Positions 53,501-64,000 of a stretch of 64,000 nucleotides of DNA are shown in pieces. The position numbers and the translations under genes are program-made. Location of the stretch: NCBI RefSeq assembly GCF_009914755.1, contig NC_060933.1; one strand, 5' to 3'. This stretch comes from the human T2T-CHM13v2.0 reference genome, Homo sapiens. The notes beneath the pieces were generated by a model. The model saw only the letters and a list, made by a program, of their open reading frames with translations, had not been told where the DNA came from and made no database searches. Every line of letters begins with the position of its first letter. The first letter of the stretch is position 1.

Positions 53501-54869
53501 ATTCCATTCCATTCCATTCCATTCCATTCCGGATGATTCCATTGCATTGCATTCCATTCCATTCCATTCCCCTGCACTCGGGTTGATTCCATTCGATTCC
53601 ATTGCATTACATTCCGTTCCATTCCGTTCCATTTCATTCTATTCGGGTTAATTCCATTCCATTGCATTCCACTCCATTCCAGTCCTTTCCATTCCATTCC
53701 ACTCGGGTTGATTCCATTCTATTCCTTTCCATTCCATTCCATTCCATTGCAATCGAGTTGATTCCATTCGAGTTGAATCCATTCCATTCCATTCCATTCC
53801 ATTGCACACGGGTTCATTCCATTCCATTCCATTCCATTCCATTCCATTCCATTCCATTTCATTCCATTCCATTCTATTCCGTACCATTCCATTCCATCCC
53901 ATTCCATTCCGTTCCATTCCATGCCATTACACTCGGGTTGATTCCATTCCTTTCCATTCCATTCTTGTTGAATCCATTCCATTCCATTCCATTCCATTCG
54001 AATCCATTCCATTGCACTCGGGTTGATTCCATTCCATTCCATTCCATTCCATTTCATTCCATTCCATTCCATTACATTCGGATTGATTCTATTCAATTCC
54101 CTTACACTCCATTACATTCCATTCCATTCGGGATGTTTCCATTCCATTCCATTCCATTCCACTCCATTCCATTGCATCAGGTTGATGGCATTCCATTCCA
54201 TTCCATTCCATTCCGGATGATTCCATTCCATTGCATTCCATTCCATTCCATTCCCCTGCACTCGGGTTGATTCCATTCCATTCCATTCCATTCCATTCCA
54301 TTCCGTTCCATTCCATTCCATTCCATTCTATTCTGGTTAATTCCATTCCATAACATTCGATTCCATTCCATTCCCTTCCATTCCATTGCAATCGAGTTGA
54401 TTCCATTCCATTCCATTCCATTCCGTTCCGGATGATTCCATTCCATTCCATTCCATTCCATTCCCCTGCAGTCGGGTTGATTCCATTCCATTCCATTCCA
54501 TTCCATTCCATTCCATTCCATTCCATTTCGTTCCATTCCATTCCATTCCATTCTATTCGGGTGAATTCCATTCCATTCCATTCCATTCCATTCCATTCCA
54601 TTCCACTCCATTCCAGTCCTTTCCATTCCATTACACTCGGGTGATTCCATTCTATTCCTTTCCATTCCATTCCATTCCATTGCAATCGAGTTGATTCCAT
54701 TGCTTTGCATTCCATTCCATTCCATTCCATTCCGGATGATTCCATTCCGTTGCATTCCTTTCCATTACATTCCCCTGCACTCGGGTTTATTCCATTCCAT
54801 TCCATTCCATTACATTCGATTCCATTCCATTCCCCTGCACTCGCGTTGATTCCATTCCATTCCATTCCA

Positions 54870-55660
54870 TTCCATTCCATTCCTTTCCGTTCCATTCCAT
54901 TCCATTCCATTCCATTCCGTTCCGTTCCATTCCATTCCATTCCATTCTATTCGCGTTAATTCCATTCCATTCCATTCGATTGCAATCGAGTTGATTCCAT
55001 TCCATTCCATTCCATTCCATTCCATTCCATTCCTTTCCATTCCATTACGGATGATTCTATTCCATTGCATTCCATTCCATTCCATTCCCCTGTACTCGGG
55101 TTGATTCCATTGCATTCCATTCCATTCCATTCCCCTGCAGTTGGGTTGATTCCATTCCATTCCATTCCATTCCATTCCATTCCATTCCGTTCCGTTCCGT
55201 TCCGTTCCATTCCATTCCATTCCATTCTATTCGGGTTAATTCCATTCCATTCCATTCCATTCCATTCCATTCCTTTCCGTTCCATTCCATTCCATTCCAT
55301 TCCATTCCGTTCCGTTCCATTCCATTGCATTCCATTCTATTCGCGTTAATTCCATTCCATTCCATTCGATTGCAATCTAGTTGATTCCATTCCATTCCAT
55401 TCCATTCCATTCCATTCCATTCCATTCCATTCCATTCCATTCCATTACGGATGATTCTATTCCATTGCATTCCATTCCATTCCATTCCCCTGTACTCGAG
55501 TTGATTCCATTGCATTCCATTCCATTCCATTCCCCTGCAGTCGGGTTGATTCCATTCCATTCCATTCCATTCCATTCCATTGCATTCTGTTCCGTTCCGT
55601 TCCATTCCATTCCATTCCATTCTATTCGGGTTAATTCCATTCCATTCCATTCCATTCCTT
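54870..55660 (+). repeat. Local tandem duplication, unit ~390-400 bp
   Basis: TCGCGTTAAT at 54,951/55,341, ATGATTCTAT at 55,051/55,451, and TGTACTCG...TGCATTCC...CCCCTGCAG at 55,091/55,491. Confidence 0.85.
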
Positions 55661-58600
55661 TCCATTCCATTCCAATCGAGTTGATTCCATTCCATTCCAT
55701 TCCATTCCATTCCATTCCATTCCAGTCCTTTCCATTCCATTCCACTCGGGTTGATTCCATTCTATTCGTTTCCATTCCATTCCATTCCCTTCCATTCCAC
55801 TCTGGTTGATTCCATTCCTTTCCATTCCACTCGAATACATTCCCTCCTATTCCACTCGGAACTATTCCATTCCATTCCATTCCATTCCATTCCATTCCAT
55901 TTCGTTCCATTCCATTCTATTCCGTATCATTCCATTCCATTCCATTCCATTCCATTCCATTCCACTCGTGTTGATTCCATTCCTTTCCATTCCATTCGGT
56001 TTGAAGGCTTTCCATTCCATTCCATTCCATTCCATTCCATTCCATTGTACTCGGGTTGATTCCATTCCATTGCATTCCATTCCATTCCATTCCATTCCAA
56101 TCCATTGCATTCCATTCCATTACATTCGGATTGATTCTATTCAACTCCCTTACTCTCCATTACATTCCATTCCATTCGGGTTGTTCCATTCCATTCCATT
56201 CCATTCCACTCCATTCCATTGCACTCGGGTTGATTCCATTCCATTCCATTCCATTCCATTCCATTCCGGATGATTCCATTCCACTGCAATCCGTTCCATT
56301 ACATTCCCCTGCACTCGCGTTGATTCCATTCCATTCCATTCCATTCCATTCCATTCCGTTCCGTTCCATTCCATTCCATTCCATTCTATTTGGGTTAATT
56401 CCATTCCATTCCATTCGATTGCAATCGAGTTGATTCCCTTCCATTCCATTCCATTCCATTCCATTCCATTCCATTCCATTCCTTTCCATTACATTACGGA
56501 TGATTCCATTCCATTGCATTCCATTCCATTCGATTCCCCTGTACTCGGGTTGATTCCATTCCATTCCATTCCAATCCATGCCATTCCACTCGTATTGATT
56601 CCATTGTTTCCATTCCATTCAAGTTGAATCCATTCCATTGCATTCCATTCCATTCGATTCCATTCGATTGCACTCGGGTTGATTCCATTCCATTGCATTC
56701 CATTCCATTCCATTCCATTCCATTCCATTCCATTCCATTCCGTTCCATTCCATTCCATTACATTCGGATTGATTCTATTCAATTCCCTTACACTCCATTA
56801 CATTCCATTCCTTTCGGGTAGTTTCCATTCCATTCCATTCCATTCCTCTCCATTCCATTGCACTCGCGTTGATTCCATTCCATTGCATTCCATTCCATAC
56901 CATTCAATTCCATTCCATTCCATTCCATTACATTACATTCGGATTGATTCTATTCAACTCCCTTACTCTCCATTACATTCGATTCCATTCGGGTTGTTCC
57001 ATTCCATTCCATTCCATTCCACTCCATTCCATTGCACTCAGGTTGATTCCATTCAATTCCATTCCATTCCATTCCATTCCATTCCATTCCGGAAGATTCC
57101 ATTCCATTGCATTCCATTCCATTCCATTCCCCTGCACTCAGGTTGATTCCATTCCATTCCATTCCATTCCATTCCATTCAATTCCTTTCCGTTCCATTCC
57201 ATTCCATTCCATTCCATTCCATTCCATTCCGTTCCGTTCTGTTCCATTCCATTCCATTCCATTCTATTCGGGTTAATTCCATTCCATTCCATTTGATTGC
57301 AATCGAGTTGATTCTATGCCATTCCATTCCATTCCATTCCATTCCATTCCATTCCATGCCTTTCCATTCCATTACGGATGATTCCATTCCATTGCATTCC
57401 ATTCCATTCCTTTCCCCTGTACTCGGGTTGATTCCATTCCATTCCATTCCAATCCATGCCATTCCACTCGTGTTGATTCCATTCTTTCCATTCCATTCAA
57501 GTTGAATCCATTCCATTGCTTTCCATTCCATTCCATTCCCCTGTAGTCGGGTTGATTCCATTCCATTCCTTTCCATTCCATTCCATTCCATTCCATTCCG
57601 TTCCGTTCCGTTCCGTTCCGTTCCATTCCATTCCATTCCATTCTATTCGGGTTAATTCCATTCCATTCCATTCCATTCCATTCCATTCCATTCCATTCCA
57701 ATCGAGTTGATTCCATTCCATTCCATTCCATTCCATTCCACTCCATTCCAGTCCTTTCCATTCCATTCCACTCGGGTTGATTCCAATGTATTCCTTTCCA
57801 TTCCATTCCATTCCATTGCAATCGAGTTGATTCCATTGCTTTGCATTCCATTCCATTCCATTCCATTCCGGATGACTCCATTCCATTGCATTCCATTCCA
57901 TTGCATTCCCCTGCACTCGGGTTGATTCCATTCCGTTCCACTCCATTCCGTTGCATTCCATTCCATTCCATTGTATTCGGGTTAATTCCATTCCATTCCA
58001 TTCCATTCCATTCCATTCCAATCGAGTTGATTCCATTCCATTCCATTCCATTCCATTCCATTCCATTCCAGTCCTTTCCATTGCATTCCACTCGGGTTGA
58101 TTCCATTCTATTAGTTTCCATTCCATTCCATTCCCTTCCATTCCACTCTGGTTGATTCCATTCCTTTCCATTCCACTCGAATACATTCCCTCCTATTCCA
58201 CTCGGAACGATTCCATTCCATTTCATTCCATTCCATTCCATTCCATTCCATTCCATTTCGTTCCATTACATTCTATTCCGTATCATTCCATTCCATTCCA
58301 TTCCATTCCATTCCATTCCATTCCATTCCACTCGTGTTGATTCCATTCCTTTCCATTCCATTCGGTTTGAAGGCTTTCCATTCCATTCCATTCCATTCCA
58401 TTCCATTCCATTCCATTGTGCTCGGGTTGATTCCATTCCATTGCATTCCATTCCATTCCATTCCATTCCAATCCGTTGCATTCCATTCCATTACATTCGG
58501 ATTGATTCTATTCAACTCCCTTACTCTCCATTACATTCCATTCCATTCGGGTTGTTCCATTCCATTCCATTCCATTCCACTCCATTCCATTGCACTCGGG

Positions 58601-61600
58601 TTGATTCCATTCCATTCCATTCCATTCCATTCCATTCCATTCCGGATGATTCCATTCCATTGCATTCCGTTCCATTACATTCCCCTGCACTCGCGTTGAT
58701 TCCATTCCATTCCATTCCATTCCATTCCATTCAATTCCATTCCATTACAATTCGTTCCATTCCATTCTATTCCATACCATTCCATTCCATTCCATACCAT
58801 TCCATTCCATTCCATTCCATTCCATTCCATTCCATTCCTTTCCATTCCGTTCCATTCCATTCCATTCCATTCTATTCGGGTTTATTCCATTCCATTCCAT
58901 TCCATTCCATTCCATTCCATTCCAATCTATTCCATTCCATTGCAATCGAGTTGAATCCATTGCATTTCATTCCATTCCATTCCATTCCATTCCATTCCAT
59001 TGCAATCGAGTTGAATCCATTGCATTTCATTCCATTCCATTCCATTCCATTCCATTCCGGAAGATTCCATTCCATTGCATTCCATTCCATTCCATTCCCC
59101 TGCACTCGCGATGATTCCTTTCCATTCCATTCCATTCCATTCCATTCCATTCCGTTCCGTTCCGTTCCATTTCATTCCATTCCATTCCATTCCATTCCGT
59201 TCCGTTCCATTCCATTCCATTCCATTCTATTCGGGTTAATTCCATTCCATTCCATTCGATTGCAATCGAGTTGATTCCATTCCATTCCATTCCATTCCAT
59301 TCCATTCCATTCCATTCCAATCGAGTTGATTGCATTCCATTCCATTCCATTCCATTCCACTCCATTCCAGTCCTTTCCATTCCATTCCACTCGGGTTGAT
59401 TCCATTCTATTCCTTTCCATTCCATTCCATTCCATTGCAATCGAGTTGATTCAATTGCTTTGCATTCCATTCCATTCCATTCCATTCCGGATGATTCCAT
59501 TCCATTGCATTCCATTCCATTCCATTCCCCTGCACTCGGGTTGATTCCATTCCATTCCACTCCATTCCGTTCCATTCCATTCCATTCCATTGTATTCGGG
59601 TTAATTCCATTCCATGCCATTCCATTCCATTCCATTCCATTCCATTCCATTCTATTACAATCGAGTTGATTCCATTCCATTCCATTCCATTCCATTCCAT
59701 TCCATTCCAGTCCTTTCCATTCCATTCCACTCGGGTTGATTCCATTCTATTAGTTTCCATTCCATTCCATTCCCTTCCATTCCACTCTGGTTGATTCCAT
59801 TCCTTTCCATTCCAATCGAATAAATTCCCTCCTATTCCACTCGGATCGATTCCATTCCATTCCATTCCATTCCATTCCATTCCATTCCATTCCATTCCAT
59901 TTCGTTCCATTCCATTCTATTCCGTACCATTCCATTCCATTCCATTCCTTTCCATTCCATTCCATTCCATTCCACTCTTGTTGATTCCATTCCTTTCCAT
60001 TCCATTCGGTTTGAAGGCATTCCATTCCATTCAATTCCATTCCATTCCATTCCATTCCATTCCATTCCATTCCATTCCATTGTACTCGGGTTGATTCCAT
60101 TCCATTCCATTCCATTCCATTCCATTCCATTCCATTCCATTCCGTTGCATTCCATTCCATTACATTCGGACTGATTCTATTCAACTCCCTTACTCTCCAT
60201 TACATTCCATTCCATTCGGGTTGTTCCATTCCATTCCATTCCATTCCACTCCATTCCATTGCACTCGGGTTGATTCCATTCCATTCCATTCCATACCATT
60301 CCATTCCATTCCATTCCATTCCATTCCGTTCCATTCCGTTCCATTCCATTCCATTCCATTCTATTCGGGTTAATTCCATTCCATTCCATTCCATTCCATT
60401 CTATTCCATTCCATTGCAATCGAGTTGAATCCATTGCATTTCATTCCATTCCATTCCATTCCATTCCATTCCGGAAGATTCCATTCCATTGCATTCCATA
60501 CCATTCCATTGCCCTGCACTCGCGTTGATTCCATTCCATTCCATTCCATTCCATTCCATTCCATTCCATTCCATTCCTTTCCGTTCCATTCCATTCCATT
60601 CCATTCCATTCCAATCCATTCCATTCCGTTCCGTTCCATTCCATTCCATTCCATTCCATTCTATTCGGGTTAATTCCATTCCATTCCGTTCGATTGCAAT
60701 CGAGTTGATTCCATTCCATTCCATTCCATTCCATTCCATTCCTTTCCATTCCATTACGGATAATTCCATTCCATTGCATTCCATTCCATTCCATTCCTCT
60801 GTACTCGGGTTGATTCCATTCCATTCCATTCCAATCCATGCCATTCCACTCGTGTTGATTCCATTCTTTCCATTTCATTCAAGTTGAATCCATTCCTTTG
60901 CATTCCATTCCATTCCATTCCCCTGCAGTCGTGTTGTTTCCATTCCATTCCATTCCATTCCCCTGCTGTCGGGTTGTTTCCATTCCATTCCATTCCATTC
61001 CATTCCATTCCATTCCATTCCATTCCATTCCGTTCCGTTCCATTCCATTCCATTCCATTCTATTCGGTTTAATTCCATTCCATTGCATTCCATTCCATTC
61101 CATTCCATTCCAATCGAGTTGATTCCATTCCATTCCATTCCATTCCACTCCATTCCAGTCCTTTCCATTCCATTCCACTCGGGTTGATTCCAATGTATTC
61201 CTTTCCATTCCATTCCATTCCATTGCAATCGAGTTGATTCCATTGCTTTGCATTCCATTCCATTCCATTCCATTGCGGATGATTCCATTCCATTGCATTC
61301 CATTCCATTCCATTCCCCTGCACTCGGGTTGATTCCATTCCATTCCACTCCATTCCGTTCCATTCCATTCCATTGCATTGTATTCGGGTTAATTCCATTC
61401 CATTCCATTCCATTCCATTCCAGTCCATTCCATTACAATCGAGTTGATTCCATTCCATTCCATTCCATTCCAGTCCTTTCCATTCCATTCCACTCGGGTT
61501 GATTCCATTCTATTAGTTTCCATTCCATTCCAATCCCTTCCATTCCACTCTGGTTGATTCCATTCCTTTCCATTCCACTCGAATACATTCCCTCCTATTC

Positions 61601-64000
61601 CACTCGGAACGATTCCATTCCATTCCATTCCATTCCATTCCATTCCATTCCATTCCATTTCTTTCCATTGCATTCTATTCCGTGTCCTTCCATTCCATTC
61701 CATTCCATTCCATTCCCCTGCAGTCGGGTTGTTTCCATTCCATTCCATTCCATTCCATTCCATTCCATTCCATTCCATTCCGATCCGTTCCATTCCATTC
61801 CATTCCATTCTATTCGGGTTAATTCCATTCCATTCCATTCCATTCCATTCCATTCCATTCCATTCCATTCCAATCGAGTTGATTCCATTCCATTCCATTC
61901 CATTCCATTCCACTACATTCCAGTCCTTTCCATTCCATTCCACTCGGGTTGATTCCAATGTATTCCTTTCCATTCCATTCCATTCCATTGCAATCGAGTT
62001 GATTCCATTGCTTTGCATTCCATTCCATTCCTTTCCATTCCGGATGATTCCATTCCATTGCATTCCATTCCATTCCATTCCTCTCCATTCCATTGCACTC
62101 GGGTTGATTCCATTCCATTCCATTCCATTCCATTCCATTCCATTACATTACATTACATTACATTCCGTTCCTTTCTACTCGGGTTGATTCCATTCCATTG
62201 CATTCCATTCCATTCCATTACATTACATTCCATTCCCTTCCATTCCATTCCGTTCCATTCCATTACATTCGGATTGATTCAATTCAACTCCCTTACTCTC
62301 CATTACATTCCATTCCATTCGGGTTGTTCCATTCCATTCCATTACATTCCACTCCATTCCATTGCGCTCCGGTTGATTCCATTCCATTCCATTCCATTCC
62401 ATTCCATTCCATTCCATTCCGGATGATTCCATTCCATTGAATTCCGTCCCATTACATTCCCTTGCACTCGGGTTGATTCCATTCCATTCCATTCCATTCC
62501 ATTCGATTCCATTCCATTCCAATTCTTTCCATTCCATTCTATTCCGTACCATTCCATTCCATTCCATACAATTCCATTCCATTCCATTGCACTCCGTTCC
62601 GTTCCTTTCCGTTCTGTTCCGTTCCATTCCATTCCATTCCATTCTATTCGGTTTAATTCCATTCCATTCCATTCCATTCCATTCCATTCTATTCCATTCC
62701 ATTGCAATCGAGTTGAATCCATTGCATTCCATTCCATTCCATTCCATTCCATTCCATTCCATTCCATTCCATTCCATTGTACTCGGGTTGATTCCATTCC
62801 ATTGCATTCCATTCCATTCCATTCCATTCCGGAAGATTCCATTCCATTGCATTCCATTCCATTCCATTCCCCTTCACTCGCGTTGATTCCATTCCATTCC
62901 ATTCTATTCCATTCCATTCCCTTCCTTTCCGTTCCATTCCATTCCATTCCATTCCATTCCCCTGCACTCGCGTTGATTCCATTCCATTCCATTCTATTCC
63001 ATTCCATTCCCTTCCTTTCCGTTCCATTCCATTCCATTCCATTCCGTTCCGTTCCATTCCATTCCATTCCATTCTATTCTGGTTAATTCCATTCCATTCC
63101 ATTCGATTGCAATCGAGTTGATTCCATTCCATTCCATTCCATTCCATTCCATTCCATTCCATTCCATTCCTTTCCTTTCCATTACGGATGATTCCATTCC
63201 ATTGCATTCCATTCCATTCCATTCCCCTGTACTCGGGTTGATTCCATTCTATTCCATTCCAATCCATGCCATTCCACTCGTGTTGATTCCATTCTTTCCA
63301 TTCCATTCAAGTTGAATCCATTCCATTGCATTCCATTCCATTCGATTCCATTCGATTGCACTCGGTTTGATTCCATTCCATTGCATTCCATTCCATTCCA
63401 TTCCATTCCATTCCGTTCCATTCCATTCCATTACATTCGGATTGATTCTATTCAATTCCCTTACACTCCATTACATTCCATTCCATTCGGGTAGTTTCCA
63501 TTCCATTCCATTCCATTCCTCTCCATTCCATTGCACTCGGGTTGATTCCATTCCATTGCATTCCATTCGATACCATTCAATTCCATTCCGTTCCATTCCA
63601 TTCCATTACATTCGGATTGATTCTATTCAACTCCCTTACACTCCATTACATTCGATTCCATTCGGGTTGTTCCATTCCATTCCATTCCATTCCTCTCCAT
63701 TCCATTGCACTCGGGTTGATTCCATTCCATTCCATTCCATTCCGGAAGATTCCATTCCATTGCATTCCATTAAATTCCATTCCCCTGTACTCGCGTTGAT
63801 TCCATTCCATTCCATTCCATTCCTTTGCATTCCATTGCATTCCATTGCATTCCATTCCCCTGCACTCAGGTTGATTCCATTCCATTCCATTCCATTCCAT
63901 TCCATTCTATTCACGTTAATTCCATTCCACTCCATTCCATTACATTCCATTGCAATCGACTTGATTCCATTCCATTCCATTCCATTCCATTCCATTCCAT

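Larger units (their letters stand above)
1..64000 (+). repeat. Human satellite III (HSat3) array, (CATTC)n on + / (GGAAT)n on -, pericentromeric heterochromatin; probably chr9q12-type (HSat3B5-like)
   Basis: Every line is CATTC pentamers plus recurrent variant words (ACTCGGGTTG, AATCGAGTTG, CCGGATGATT, CCCCTGCACTCG). ATTCC repeats interrupted by an A(C/T)TCGGGTTG decamer are the classical satellite 3 definition. Orientation is single throughout. The chromosome/subfamily call is inferred from recalled SatIII probe sequence. Confidence 0.97.

Noticed and set aside
1-64000. CRISPR-like alternation of repeats and variable segments
   Set aside because: The variable segments are recurrent mutated pentamers, not unique spacers; there is no constant repeat/spacer length and no cas genes.
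1-64000. HSat2, alpha satellite/CENP-B box, or telomeric repeat
   Set aside because: There is no dominant CATTCGATTC/GATGAT ~23-26 bp HSat2 periodicity, no 171-bp monomer and no TTAGGG. The ACTCGGGTTG decamer points to HSat3.
1-64000. Embedded transposon, viral insertion, unique sequence or strand inversion
   Set aside because: I saw no stretch departing from the pentamer framework, no poly(A) or target-site duplication, and no switch to GGAAT on the + strand.
1-64000. G-quadruplex potential of the G-rich strand
   Set aside because: Mostly GG dinucleotides with isolated GGG/GGGG runs. The unusual GGA-paired hairpins of (GGAAT)n are already known and not specific to this window.

Overview
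The whole 64 kb window is one uninterrupted array of classical human-type satellite III (HSat3). It is a diverged (CATTC)n/(GGAAT)n pentamer repeat, interspersed with the diagnostic ACTCGGGTTG-type decamer, with the C-rich strand on + throughout. I saw no inversion, transposon, RNA gene or credible protein-coding gene; the listed ORFs (MEWNG/IPFHS repeats) are artefacts of a stop-poor 5-bp repeat. A recurrent ~160-bp module resembles my recollection of the chr9q12 SatIII clone pHuR98, so chr9 heterochromatin (HSat3B5-like) is the likeliest source; this needs an alignment to confirm. The real structure is in the variant pattern. There is a distinct ~1-kb-periodic subdomain (~4.4-12.8 kb) holding a near-identical 1,988-bp tandem duplication, and an 11.7-kb tandem duplication (~16.6-38.7 kb) whose first copy lacks 1,868 bp and 370 bp. 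There are also many 40-850 bp local duplications and dispersed 9-49 kb-offset paralogous blocks. One recurrent variant (ATTCCGGAAGATTCC) is a perfect three-unit heat-shock element, present about 32 times. I found no new gene system. All counts and offsets were read by eye.
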